A DNA stretch of 61,949 nt, filler included, from Dirinaria sp. TL-2023a (GCA_051941275.1; 6 parts of 6 records of this genome joined end to end with filler, not necessarily neighbours in it), one strand, 5' to 3'. Shown: positions 11,326 through 24,443, counted from the whole stretch's first letter. The notes: generated from the sequence alone by a model not told the origin. Numbers and translations are program-made.

Positions 11326-13287
11326 TCAGTCCATGTCCGTGTCGACTCGTTTTCGCTTGAACCTCTGCCCTTGCTTGGGCTGACTGCCATAAGCGCGTCG
11401 ACCTTCTTTCTTCTTGTCGCGGCTCATGCTTGAACCGAGAGTGATATCTACTCGTGGCGGTGTCGGGAACCCAAAGCTCTTTGCAACCTTAATGAGATCC
11501 AGCTTGTGAACATCAAAAATGGATCTGAGACTGTGCGACGCATACGCTTGCAGATATGAGCGGTAGCCGTCCTTGGCGGACTGATGATAGGGGTCAGCCA
11601 CGGCATTGCATGAGACGTCCACCCTTACTGACCTTGTTCAAATAGTAGTTCTGCCCAATGAGCTTCTCCAGTTGATTTTGGACGTTGGAGATCTTGTTGC
11701 TTGGAAATTCAAATTCTTCCAGGGGAACCCGAGCGTCTTTGAGATGCTTCAAGAATCCGACTTCTGACGGTTGCAGAAACATGAGACTCTGTCCTTTACC
11801 ATCAGAGCCTCTTGCGGTGCGTCCTACACGGTGGATATAGTCTCGAGGATCATCAGGCGGATCATACTGTACTATCCAGTCTACGGCAGGAATCTAAGAA
11901 AAATGAGACAAGTATCCCATCAGACCAAGGGGAATGCTTACATCTAGACCTCGTGCGGCTACATCCGTGCATATGAGGGTTCCTTGCTTCGCGTTGCAAA
12001 ACTCGAAAAAAGTGTTGGTGCGTTTCTGCTGCTTTTGCTTGCCATGTAGATCCAGGACTGGTAGATCAATATAATTCAAGAGTTCCGAATGGTATTTCAC
12101 ACAGTTGCAGCTCGAGAAGAAGACAATGATTTTCTTCTTCTTCATGCGCTTCAGGAAAGAGAAGAGCAGGAGAAAGCGTTTGTCGGAGTCACAGACGACA
12201 TAACCCTGCGTCAGCCCCTCGACGGTGCTATGCTCCGTGCGATCTACATTGATGTAGAGTGGTCCTGGTCGAAGCGATATGCGTGCTAGGTCCTCGACTT
12301 TGGTTGTCTGCGTGGCTGAGAACAACATGGTTTGTCGCTCATCTTTCGGCAATATCTTCACGATCTGACGCATCTCGTCTTCAAACCCTACTTCCAGTAT
12401 ACGATCTGCCTCATCGATGACAAGCGCTTTGATATTCTTGTAGACGAAGCCTTGCGTATTCTGAAGGTGGTCCAAAAGACGGCCGGGGGTTGCAATTATT
12501 AGGTTGACACCTTTAGCAAGCTTCTCCGCTTCTGCTCGTCTATTTGCGCCTCCAATGACAATGCCATAAGTCTGTGAATGATTGGCCATGAGCTCTCGAG
12601 CGACGCCAAAAATCTGCAAGGCTAGCTCGCGGGTGGGAGAGACGACGATAACACCCGTGCCTGACAAGATCAACTGGTACTCCTATCCAAACCATCATGT
12701 TATAACTGACCATTTCTTGGCTTGAAGCGCAAAGCGCTCAACATTTCCACTGCCGGTATAAGGAAGGCAAGCGTCTTTCCCGAGCCAGTTTTCGCCGCAC
12801 CTAGCACATCTCTGCCTGCCATCAAAGGCGGAATACCCCTCTTCTGTATTTCGGTCATAGTGTCAAATTTCATATCCTCGATTGCTTGCATGGTTTTGGC
12901 TGATAAGTTGAGATCGCTGAACTTCGAGGGTTCTTTATCCATAGTAGGGAGGGATAAGGGCGACGTCGAAGGCAGATTATGGTTACTATGGAGCTGTTGA
13001 CCATTGTGCTCCTTACGCCCATCATCGTCTTTGATGTCGACACCATTGCGAAGCGATTGGTCTTGGGCACTGGTGTTTGCTCTCTCTCCATCTTGATCAG
13101 GATCATCATGTGGTCGTTGTTCTGTAGACTTTACGTTCTGATTTGGTGACCATGGCAAGGTAGAGACGGACGGAAGGGAGTTAGTGATATTTTGGGCGCT
13201 GTCTGGCAGAGATTCAGCTGCTTCCTTGGATGATGTGTGTTTGCGTCTCCGCTTGCGCGATCTTGATTCGGGATTTTCGACCTCCAT
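11326..13287 (-). CDS. HAS1: DEAD-box RNA helicase Has1/DDX18
   Basis: Exons 13287-12711, 12660-11942, 11893-11633, 11580-11326. Motifs: Q motif, [44 protein letters not shown], and the Has1-type tail [17 protein letters not shown]. Confidence 0.96.
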
Positions 13288-15104
13288 TGCTTGGACTGTA
13301 TACGTTTATTTCTGACAGTATCACGATGTTTTCAAGCCGAGTTACTGGAGAAATTGTAGATCCTAAAAATTAAGCGAGAACACTAGAGTAAGATAGGCCT
13401 AGTGTAGACTTGGCACCGCCTGCAGTCCCGGCCTCGGCGGCGTAACCTAAGGTCAGTACGTTCATCATCAGCACACAGTGGGTTAAATGATGGTATCACA
13501 TCATCATCAAAGCAAGTTCCCCATTCTCAAGCGGGGCATCAGAAGTCCTCAACTGCATCGAATTGATTTGACAGAATCAAGTATTCCGACTACCTCCGAA
13601 TTGTGATCCATCCGAGTACTTCCAGGTTCCTCGTACGCTCGTACTCGTTTCCACCATCTCTGTGCCTCCCACCTTCAATAATAATGCTTCTATCCTAAAA
13701 GCCGTCTATTTTTACCTGATGTTTCCTAAGGTAACTTTTACGATTTTCCGGTTTGACAGTGGCCCTTCAATGATGGACTACCTTAGTTCATCGTCACACC
13801 GTTACATAATATGTTTCGAGCAATTAGCGCCCTGCCACAGCAGAGATTTGGGTGAGTTTGACCCCCAGGCGTGAAAAGGGCAAGAGGCATTGATAGGGTA
13901 GTGAAAATGAGTAAGCGTAAAGTACGCCGTCGAGGCATCGAAGGGAACCTTTGAGGTTTTCATAGGGTTAGCCGTTAGCATACATGTACGGGCAGGTACC
14001 ACAATCAGCCCCCAAGTCAATAATGTTGCACAAGCCGCTGTGGTGAAGGGAGCAAGTTTCATCTACCCTCTTGTAAGGTACTGTAGAGTGCTGACCGATT
14101 CGCACGTCGCCACTGAAGAATAAAGTTGTATCAGCAACAGCCTCGGTTTTCCTTAGGCGTCCAAGCAGTAACCAATCACAATCTCGGCCAGTATTAAAGT
14201 CCAGTTTCGCCAGTCTTTGCGGGCCCATCCCTTGTGGTCAGGCGATGTTACGAGAGTACCCTCAAGCATTGACAAGCAGCTTGGATAAATAATCGCAAAA
14301 GAATAAGTCCGTTCATGCCTTGACAGAGCAAACACCTTGGTTGTAGTCATGCGACAATGAGAGTTAGAGAAATACTATTATCTTCAGTGCGAATAAGGGT
14401 TGGTGAATGTGCTTTAGATGGTAGCTGGACCTTGGACTTTGGAGGTAGTACCTAGGTATGTACAGTACATCTCGGAAGCGAGATCATGTCATTATTATTA
14501 AGTCCTTTTCTGACCCGCCTCGTCGATTACGCGTTGCCGTGCACACCTGCACCACTCAAGCCAAGGAGCCCGGGCAATACGAAGTTCCCCAAATCGCTTA
14601 GCGCCACGCTAACTGTCCCCTTGTCGCCGACATTCCTTCTTTGACTCTCCATTGCCACCAAACAATACTGTACTCGCACCTGTATTCGCACCTGTACCTC
14701 CGAATCCCTAATCAATCATCTGCGCTCACTCTGCACCTCCTCTCATGTACTTGCCATTTCAAACTTCACCGGTCTAGCATTAACTGAGTGGAATCGTGCT
14801 GCTATCTTTGGCTGAAGTGCAGCCTGCCGCTCGTTATTCCCTGCTTTTCGCTCCATTGGCCCCCCCCTGGTCAGGACCGCCGACCGCACTTACTCCTTCC
14901 CTATCACCTCTACCATCAACCTTTTCGCCAAAGTCACAGCGAGCTGTCGTACCAAGGTTAGGAGACCCTCGTTACCGGAGGGTTAGAATATTGAGGGCAA
15001 CGATTTACCACCTGCTTTGCGTCGCCTGGGCCAACCCACTTAATTTAACCACCTAAGCATTGCTTACGGGAAAGGCATCATTTCCCACCACCACCTCTAT
15101 CGCC

Positions 15105-17513
15105 ATGCGTCTTCCGTTCGCAGAACGACTGTCGTGGCTCACCGCCGCACTCATCCTCGCCCTCTCGCCTGCCACGTTCGCTGAGCGGGTCATCGAGTCC
15201 TACTCTCTCAACTCCTGCCAGGCAAATTCGAGTTTCACTGCGACACTATTCAATGTCGCGTTCACGCCCGACAATAGCAGCTTGGCTTTCACGATCGATG
15301 GATTGTCGTCCATTTCAGGGAAAGTTACGGCAGAATTTAATATCATCGCCTACGGTATTAACGCTTTGAAGCGAACTGTGGATCCATGCCACACAGCCGG
15401 CTTGGAGGGAATGTGTCCTATGAACACCGGCCGTATCGATATTGGATTCAATCTCCCTCTAGGGTCGGATGTGGTCTCAAAAATACCCTCAATCGCTTAC
15501 GGCGTGCCGGACTTGGACGGTGTTGTAAAAGTATACATTACCGATGTCGATAACAACAAGACAGTGGCCTGCCTTGAAGCCGATCTATCAAACGGCAAGA
15601 CTGTGGATCAAAAGGCTGTTGGATGGACGACGGCAATTATCGCTGGATTGGCGCTTCTTGCCTCTGCCGTCACATCTGGTCTGGGACATTCGAATACTGC
15701 TGCTCACGTTGCCGCAAACGCCTTGTCCCTGTTCGGGTTTTTCCAGGCTCAAGCCATCATTGGGATGACCTCAGTGGCTTTACCGCCCGTTGTTGCTTCA
15801 TGGACTCAGAACTTTCAGTGGAGCATGGGTATCATTCGGGTAGGCTTCTTGCAGAGCATCTGCACCTGGTATCAAAGATCTACTGGCGGCACACCATCGA
15901 CACTGCTGTCGAATCTTAGCAATGCATCTGTACAGGTACAGAAGAGATCATTGGTGGAATCGACACACCGACTCTTATCGCGTTCTTACGGTCGCTTGGC
16001 TAAATCGACCGGGCATTTGCTCTCGAGGAGCAACGCCCAATCTCAAGCTGCAGCCGCTGCTACTGCCAAAACGATGGTAGTGAAAGGCATTGAACGTGTC
16101 GGCTTCCGAGCCAGGATTGAGATCACCAACATTTTCTTAACTGGTCTCATTTTCTTCATGATTTTTGTGGTCTTTACCGCTCTTGGGGTGGCCTTATTCA
16201 AAGCTTTCTGTGAAACAGCAGTCAAACTTGGGTGGTTCAAAGGCGATAAGTTCGAAGAATTCCGAAACGGTTGGAAAATAGTTTTGAAGGGAATTCTGTT
16301 TCGAATTGTAATTGCGCCCCTCGAAGACTTATGTGGATTTTACTGACTAATTGCTCAGGTACTCATCGGTTTCCCCCAAATTAGCATTCTATGTCTTTGG
16401 GAATTGACTAAACGAGATTCGTCTGCCGAAGTCGTGCTTGCACTCTTCTTCTTCGTCTCAATGGCTGTCGCGCTTACCTGGGCCGCTCTCAAAGTCTACC
16501 GTATAGCCAAGCGCTCTGTCAACATGCACAAGAATCCAGCTTACATCCTCTACTCAGACCCTTCGTGTCTGAACAAGTGGGGTTTCCTTTACGTACAGTT
16601 CCGCGCAACGGCGTACTACTTCATCATGCCGGTCCTGATCTACATCTTTGTGAAGGCCCTGTTCATCGCATTTGCACAAGCCAATGGAGTCGTTCAAGCC
16701 ATCGGCCTGGTCATCATCGAGATCGTCTTTCTCATCGGAGTGAGCATCCTTCGACCATGGATGGACAAGAAGACCAATGGTTTCAATATCGCCATTGCCG
16801 CTGTGAATGCCCTGAACAGCGTGTTTCTACTCATCTTCACCGCCATTTTCAATCAACCAGTGAGTGTTTGGTGAGACAGAAAGGGATGTTAGCTAATGCG
16901 CTGCCAGGGTATCGTCACAGGTGTTGTGGGTGTTATCTTTTTCGTTGTCAATGCTGCATTCGCATTAATCCTTCTCGTGCTGGTCTTAATCTCCACAGTC
17001 TACGCCGTGGTTGCAAAGGACCCAGACACTCGGTACCAGCCAATGCGCGATGATCGGGGCTCTTTCATCAAATCGCAGTCGCAGTTGAATACAGAGCTTG
17101 ATGCACTGGGTGCCACGGCACGAGGTGGGATGACGCAGACTGGCTATAAAGGCCGAGATATCGATGATGACGAAGAGTCCTACTCTTCCACCTCAATGAA
17201 GCATGATGCCGCGGGCGTGCCTTTGCCGCCATCCACTGCAAACTCAAACAGATCTCCTTCGCGGTGGAATGAACCACCGCGTTCACCAATCGATGCTTCT
17301 ATGCCGATGTTTCCCAGTGACGGAACACCCAGGCACGGGACGCCAATCCAATATTCAGACGACCCAAGACGAGGGTATGGCAACGGGGGTCGAGGACCTG
17401 GCCATAATTCGCCTCTGTCAAACCAATACTCCGATTACAACGGCCAGAAGTCCAATTACCGGCAGCAGAATAATACAAGCCCGTGGCAGCGTGGTGCAGG
17501 TTATGATCATTGA
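15105..17513 (+). CDS. FLC/TRP-like membrane protein (signal peptide, ML-like N-domain, TRP-like multi-TM domain)
   Basis: Exons 15105-16307, 16359-16859, 16908-17513. Motifs IPSIAYGVPDLDG, ACLEADLSNGKTV, FQAQAIIGM, SWTQNFQWSMGII, NPAYILY..KWGFLYVQF, YQPMRDDRGSFI. Confidence 0.9.
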
Positions 17514-17911
17514 AAATCCGAGAGCCGCAGCGACTTGAGATGCGGGACTAATATACAAACCGTACATAGATGTGGCGAAACTTAATGTTATGACGGCGGG
17601 GCTAAAAAGATCCATGCATTGGGGCGAGGATGGATGGATGGAGGACCAAGGGATTCCTGCCTTGGACTCTGGAGGCGAACGTTATATATGTCACATACTG
17701 GCGTTCTTCGCGGCGGCCCTTGTTTGGCTGGGCTATGAAGCAGCTCTGGCGATGCTCTGAAACCAGTTTGCCATGTAAATATTAAGTAATTGAGCAATTT
17801 GCGAGTTGACATGCAGAACTACATGTAATGATCCAGCCACTATCTATCAGAGAAAGGCTCGATATCCCTGCCTATGCTGAATAGCCATATTCGAAAGATA
17901 TATTCCTTTGA

Positions 17912-18571
17912 TCACCTCTCTGCCCTCCCTGGCGTCCAAGTCTCCGGCTTGTAATCCTCGCCGGCCCTTCCTCGCCTCACCGCCCACGGATTCTCTTTCA
18001 GCTTGCCTCCACCCTCCCTCTCCTTCCTCCTGACCTCCTTCTCCCTTTCGGCCTTAACTACTCCTTGCCCCTCCGCTGTCTCCCCTCTCACCCCCACCGT
18101 ACCCTTCATCTCCCCATCGCCAATTCCAAGCTCCTGGTTTCCCCTCCTCGGTCGATCCAGCACGCTCGGCTTCGCGGCCCACCTCTCATCCGCCGCGCGA
18201 GCCAGCTGCTTCAATTGTGCTTGCCGTGCGACATCGGATCGGAGCTCCAGGACCGAGGGAGGAGAGGGCCGGGTATAGCGCAGCCACTGGTGCCACTGCG
18301 GGGGAATGGAGATGTCAGAGTAGGGAATTCGAGGGTTGTTCTGGAGCATTCGACGGGGCCGACCAGAGAGAGAGGCTCGAAAGTACCAGTATTTGTTGCC
18401 TGATAGGTCTGTTCCTACAGTGGATGTCAGTGTGTATTCGATTATTCGGCGCAGCTTTTCTAAATAGGGAAGGGTATTTGTACCAGCTAGCCAGCGCCGC
18501 CGCCATGGGAGCTGAAGTGCTTTCCACCTATGCCAGAATCGCGAAAGTATAGAAGATGATGGGGATGACAT
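17912..18571 (-). CDS. NDUFA12-family complex I assembly factor (NDUFAF2/mimitin-like)
   Basis: Removing in-frame intron 18483-18415 gives LPWRRRWLAGTDLSGNKYW..RPRRM..IPPQWHQWLRYTRPSPPS..ADERW, with a C-terminal YKPETWTP. Confidence 0.8.
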   Translation of the reverse strand: MSSPSSSILSRFWHRWKALQLPWRRRWLAGTNTLPYLEKLRRIIEYTLTSTVGTDLSGNKYWYFRASLSGRPRRMLQNNPRIPYSDISIPPQWHQWLRYTRPSPPSVLELRSDVARQAQLKQLARAADERWAAKPSVLDRPRRGNQELGIGDGEMKGTVGVRGETAEGQGVVKAEREKEVRRKEREGGGKLKENPWAVRRGRAGEDYKPETWTPGRAER

Positions 18572-18960
18572 TGTTACGTTTTGTGGGAATCAACCAGGTA
18601 CCGAAAAGCTTCAGGCGTTTGGTTTCACGTCTTGAATCGCTTTCACGGAGGGCGTCATCGTGCGCTAGTGGGGCTATGGACCGTGGGGAATCTTCAAAGC
18701 GATTCCCTCTTCGAATTTCATAGCAGTCTCGATAAACAGTGTTGATAGATCAACTTTCTTATGGGGCATTAGCCTAAGACTTCCCATCGCACGTATTCTG
18801 TTATAAATCTATTGGCATGCTCGCCGCCCAGCAATATCCTCATTCCAGCCTTGAGCATAAGTACACTCCCTTGCAAATTGACTTACTCACGGCCACTCCA
18901 CTCCTGTCAAGTTGCCACGCCATAACCATTTGGTGCTGAGTTATACTTGATCACCATATG

Positions 18961-20595
18961 ATGGCGTCAGTGTCCTCGTTAGACAAAGACCTCCGCAACC
19001 TCCGACTGGGCAAATATACGCCGCAGGCTGCGGATGAAGTTCGTAGATGGATTCAAGACGTCTTGGGCGAGCCATTGCCATCAGGAGACCTACTGGACGC
19101 TTTGAAGGATGGTATCGCTCTATGCAAGTATGATATTTCCACAATCGCAGGGTCTCTTGCTGCAAAGTCTACTAGATTCACTTACGTGGCTGTAGACTTG
19201 TCAATCTCGCAACCGGGCCTCCAGGAGTCAAATTCAAGGAGTCGTCTATGCCCTTCGTCCAGATGGAAAATATCTCTCATTTTCTTCGCGCTTGCCAAGG
19301 TCCTCCCCTACATCTTCAATCCCATGACGTATTTCAGACCGTAGACCTATACGACAAAAAAGATCCAGCACAAGTACTTCAATGCGTGAGTGCGTTCAGC
19401 CGAAGAGCCCACGAGGTAGCGCCGAACAAGTTTACAAGTGCGATTGGAGGGAAAACCAAGGGCTCGGCCATGAGTCCGCAAAGCACTGGCGGATACGCTG
19501 GCTCTAACGGCCCATATACACGCGTACGGGGTACAAGTAATTCGAGCGCTGGTAGTCCGGCAACCCCGAGTCTGCCATCTCGATATGGAGGCCGAAGCAG
19601 CCCTAGTCGGTCTTCAGAAACGCCGAATGGGGGTCTATCATCTCCTTCAGGTAACGTGAGCAGCTGGAGCAAGCGACAAGATGAAGCTGCGACAACTCCT
19701 GCATGGAATATTCATCAGTATGGGTATATGGGAGGTGCGAGTCAAGGCAACCAAGGCATAACGTTTGGAGGCAGACGCCAGATTACCACCCCGGCACCAA
19801 AAGTACCCAGTTTAGCCGATAAGGAGCGAAGGCGACGAGAAGAGGAGGCCGACGCCGAGAGACTACGGTCACAATCCGAAGAAGCGGAGCGGAAAAGGCG
19901 AATAGAGCGGGAGGCTGAGGAACAAAGAGCGCGGATCGAGGAAGAGGAGCGGTGGGCGGAAGAGGCACGGAAGCAGAGGGAGAAGGAGCAGCAGCGGATA
20001 GAAGAGCAGAAACGGCGGTGGGAAGAGGAGGAGAGGAAATGGCAAGAAGAAGAGGAAGCGCGAGCAAGAGAGGAACGAGAGGTCGAAGTAAGACTTGAAC
20101 GTGAGCGACAAGCGAAGAGAACAGGAGAAGATTCCCGTCTCCGGGGCCAATTTCTCAGCCAATACCAAGCCGAACAGCGCCAATTGCCTCTCAAACCGAC
20201 TGGCGAGGATCCTGAGCGTGTAGCCGAGCGGGAGCGAGTTAAAGAGCTTGAAAGGCAGCTTGAAGAAGCCAAGCAACGCGAGTTACAATATGAGCGTGAG
20301 CGACAAGAGCGACTGGCCAGCGATCGGGGTCGAGCAACGAATGCTCCAGAGTCATCGCAGGATAGAGCTCGATCAAGGAGCAGACCACTGCCTACTACGC
20401 CAGCGCAACCACCAAGAGACAGCGATGAACAGTCATGGCAAGCCGGCGAAAGAGAGTACCTCCACCGCGAATGGCAAAAGCAACAAGAAGACGAGCCCTC
20501 GAAGCCAGAACTCGCAGCTCCACCACAGCCTCCACGGCCACTGCCAAGTCCAGCACCATACCAGCAGCCAGCCAGCAGGCTCAACACACCTACTA
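18961..20595 (+). CDS. Transgelin/Scp1-like calponin-homology protein with a long charged C-terminal extension; 3'-truncated by the contig end
   Basis: Exons 18961-19127 and 19196-contig end. CH domain (LLDALKDGIALCKLVN..PFVQMENISHFL..FQTVDLYDKKD) and a calponin-like repeat QYGYMGGASQGNQGITFGGRRQI. Confidence 0.88.
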
Positions 20596-20695
20596 NNNNN
20601 NNNNNNNNNNNNNNNNNNNNNNNNNNNNNNNNNNNNNNNTTAATTAATTAANNNNNNNNNNNNNNNNNNNNNNNNNNNNNNNNNNNNNNNNNNNN
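20596..20695. other. Artificial contig-join spacer
   Basis: N44-TTAATTAATTAA-N44; followed by a poly-A tract at the start of the next contig. Confidence 0.99.
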
Positions 20696-21318
20696 AAAAA
20701 AAAAAAAAAAAATTAAAATGAAAAAAAAAAAGCGCAATTTGCGGTACAGGTCAAGGAAGATAATGATCAAAAAGAAAAGGCCAGACAAAGATGGTTTTGG
20801 TCGTCAATCGACTTCACTTCCGCAACGGAGACGATGCTAAGGGGAAAGAAGGAACCCCTTTTTTCTCTAATTCCGAAGGATTTCCGTTGTCTTGGCATTA
20901 GGTATCATAAAGTACAGTTGGTATCGTGAGGTAGCCTGTCGAGCCTGCGTGTCTTCAAGCAGGCCCCATCTGAACACTCAAATAACATTGTTGTGCCTGT
21001 ATACCCTCAATGCAAAAGTAAAGTCGGTCTAGATACTAATTTTGACGCGGCGGAATAGCAAGCACTATGATACCTAGATTTACCGAGCACCTTACTAGTC
21101 CTCTGACCGAGACGCTACGAAAACTTCGACATTTCACTTAAAGCTGTGTAATACATATGCTTTGAAGCAGACCGAGGGGACCCTAGGATAACTTTGTCTA
21201 TCTTGAATCTTCCTTGTATCCGTAGTTGGATGACATTCACATAACAGCAAAACATCTCCATGTCTACAATTTACTGTGCGACGCTCAGGTTTACCATCTA
21301 AATCACGTCTGCTACTCG

Positions 21319-22768
21319 ATGGCCCCAATATGGTTCAGCGTCATTGAGCATGTCATTCCGGGACAACATATCAGAGAGTATCCCAACGCGACGAAGCTTC
21401 GCGAAGAAGATGTTTTACAAATCTCTATTAAGCAATATGTGCCTCTAAACCGATCGACTCCGGCCCCCGACAATGCTGTGACAATCATAGGGGCTCACAG
21501 CAATGGTTTTCCAAAGGTCGGTAATAGTTGTAACCCGTCATACGAAGCCGAAGAGATCTCACCAACGACTGTTCAGGAAAACTGATGTGTCCCAGGAAAC
21601 GTACGAGCCTTTTTGGGCCGATCTTTGCTCGAATTTGCAGTCGCGGAACGTCGAGATCCGCGGGATTTGGATTGCTGATACGTCAAACCAGGGCGCCAGT
21701 GGTATTTTGAACGAACAATTGCAAGGAGACAGTAGTACGTCGGATCCTGTCTTCACACCAGGCAGTATACTGAGTGTGCTATGACTAGCATCCTGGTTTG
21801 ATCACTCACGCGATTTGCTTCATTTGATAAACCATTTTCGAGATGCAATGCCTCGTCCGATTATTGGCGTCGCACACAGCATGGGCTGCGTACAATTGTG
21901 AGTATGAGTGCCTTGCATGTGAACACTATAAGCTAAGAAGCGGAATAGAGTTCAATTATCCATCACGTATCCACGTCTTTTATCTACTCTTGTATTATGT
22001 GAGCCCGTGATGATGGATGAACACGCCGAAGGGCCGAATCCGGCACTTCCATCTACCCTGCGCCGTGAAATCTGGGATAATAGAGCCAAAGCCGAGACGG
22101 CGCTAAGGAAGGCCTTTAAAACATGGGACCAGCGCGCCTTGGAGAAGTATCTGCAATACGGGCTACGGAATACCCCTACGGCTCTTTTTGACCCGAACTT
22201 GGACAAAAGCCTTTCCCCGGAGTCAGTCACCCTGGCAACGAGCAAACATCAAGAAGCTTGGGCGTATGCACAAGTCAATTTCAATCCACAAGATGCGAGA
22301 CTGGACCGATTGCTCCTTCCAGATTGGGACTCGAAGGTAGAGCTCCCTCATCTAACATCTCGGCCGGAATGCTTTGCTGCCATACGAAACTTGCCCTACG
22401 TCCGCCCAAGCGTGCTTTACATCTTCGGTGGGAAGAGCCCATTGTCTCCACGGCACCTGCAAGATAGAAAGGTCAACGCAACCGGCATTGGCACTGGAGG
22501 CAGCGGAGGGGTGGCGGAAGGAATGGTCGAGAAGCGAGTTTTCCCAACATCTGGGCATCTACTAGTCTTTGAAGATCCAGGTGCATCCGCAGAGGCTACG
22601 GCGGACTGGATACAGCGATGGTACGCCCGATGGGGAGCAGATGAGCAACGGATCCGTAGCTACAAAGATCCCAAATCGGAGGAGGGTATGCTCAGAATGA
22701 GCCATGCTTGGGTTGAGGCAATCAAACGTCCAGCGAATGCGCCACGGCCAAGTTCCACGAAGCTTTAG
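21319..22768 (+). CDS. Alpha/beta-hydrolase (Lpx1/MpaH-like family), PTS1-like C-terminus
   Basis: Exons 21319-21516, 21596-21734, 21789-21897, 21949-22768. Motifs HVIPGQHIREYP, AHSNGFPKETYEP, SWFDHSRDLL, nucleophile elbow AHSMG, GHLLVFE; ends STKL. Confidence 0.87.
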
Positions 22769-24435
22769 GTGGAAGCCGTTGAGACTTCTTTTTGTAGAGC
22801 CTGTCTTCGTCCTCTCCCCCGCTTCTTCGATGATGCAGATGCGTGAAATCACGCATATTGAAAATGCTCTGAACGCTTTGCGCCGCGAACTCTTTCTTTT
22901 GCAACAACGTTATAATTCTCCGCATTCGCTCCAGATTTTCTCAAAGAAGAAGAAAAGAGTCATTGAAGCTCTCATTCTAATTTCCAATTATGGAAGTCCC
23001 CCATATTTCTTTCAGCTTAAAAGCATAGCACTCTATTTAGCTTCGCCTTGACCCAACCATGTGACTGCTAACAATGAAACCTACATACATGTAGGTATCC
23101 CAAAAATTGACGGTGTAGATGAGCTGTACTAACCCTATTTTGACACTATATCATGAAGTACATCCAGCTATCCACAATCAGCATACATCAGAACGTTGGG
23201 GACGAAGACTTACTCTAATATGTATTGAGCGATTGCTGTTACGGGCTATGAATTCGAAGCAGTTTTGAAAACAAGCCTCTTTGTCTTCTGAACTCTGGCA
23301 GAGACAATACATTGGGAAAAGTCTGAAGCTTCATAACGTTTGCTCTATTTGTAATCCAAAAAACTAAAACAACATGCTTTCTGTTCCCACAGAGAGATAA
23401 CTTGGCATACAGGATTGCGGAAAAATAATGTGACGAGTACAAACGAAGTCTTCGTTGTAAGCTGTTATCAAAGTATGTTGAATATTGAAATGATGTGGGG
23501 GAGGTTCCTTGGAAGAGCTCGGAATTGGAAAAGAAAGACAAAATTCCAGCAAGATAATGCGTCAATCATTTCCAATTCAAAATACCTCTTGGTCTTCCCT
23601 ACAGTACGAGTACCTACTTCAATGTCACACCGGAAAGCCCTAGACTTGGCTTGAGCATACACGAGTTGAAGCTAGAGAAATTGTTCCGAGTCTAGAGAGT
23701 AGTGGCATGGCTATCGCTATACGATCAACAGCAGTTTCTAAAATCGTTCTCGCAAGAACAGAGTATAGAGGTAAGGAATGGTAATGAGAGACTCGAGGAG
23801 AACAACACTAAAATCATCAAACTCCGTGTCGCCACTTTTGCAAAGTAGGGCTGGCTCTCGGTAGTCCAGGCCCGATCCGGGATTAAATGAGCCCGGGGTT
23901 AAGTTTTGTCGACTCAAGGAGCGAGGACTCCTTCGACTGTCCCGAACCCAAAATCCATCAACATGGACGCCAAAAGATCGAATGCAGAGTTCTTGTGCAT
24001 CGCTGCAATGACACTCGGTATTGAAGACGATAAGTCCATAGTCAAAGACTGACTTCATTGTCAACCTGATCATGTCTTGACTTCCATTCTGTGCCACAGT
24101 TCATTTTGATTTATTACTGTAAGGTATTCTGCGGGCAAAATTACATGCGATCATCGTGCATGCGCATGATAAGTCCGCCAGGTACCTAAGGTATCAATTT
24201 GATGCAAGCATATAGATCCTTCCCTCTTACCTTAGTTTAGGTTCGGTATGATATCGTCCCGTCAGTGGCGTTGAGATGTTTGTTGCGCAAAAGGCCGCTC
24301 TTTACCGAAAATAGATGGAGATCCTTCTTCTGGCATTTAGCAAAGTCCGCTTATTGCCCTTACAGTTTCCTCACTCACTAGGAACTAGCGGACTTAAGAA
24401 GAGAAACTACTCAATGGTTGTAGTCTGATTTACAG

Positions 24436-24443
24436 TATATAAA
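24436..24443 (+). promoter_or_regulatory. Putative TATA box of the SDR gene
   Basis: TATATAAA about 130 nt upstream of ATG 24573. Confidence 0.5.

Noticed and set aside
13600..14350. Short ORFs and splice-like signals between HAS1 and the FLC-like gene
   Set aside because: I could not assemble a coherent reading frame.
19742..20587. 281-aa Ser/Arg-rich minus-strand ORF
   Set aside because: It is the antisense of E/R-rich codons in the CH protein.
23129..23137. CTAACCCTA (also on the minus strand at 13963-13971) as a telomerase RNA template
   Set aside because: A 9-nt match to some permutation of TTAGGG is expected a few times by chance in 62 kb on two strands, and I saw no pseudoknot or P6/P6.1 element.
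23239..24097. AT-rich short ORFs between the hydrolase and the SDR as a transposon or gene
   Set aside because: There are no recognisable domains, terminal repeats or consistent splice pattern.
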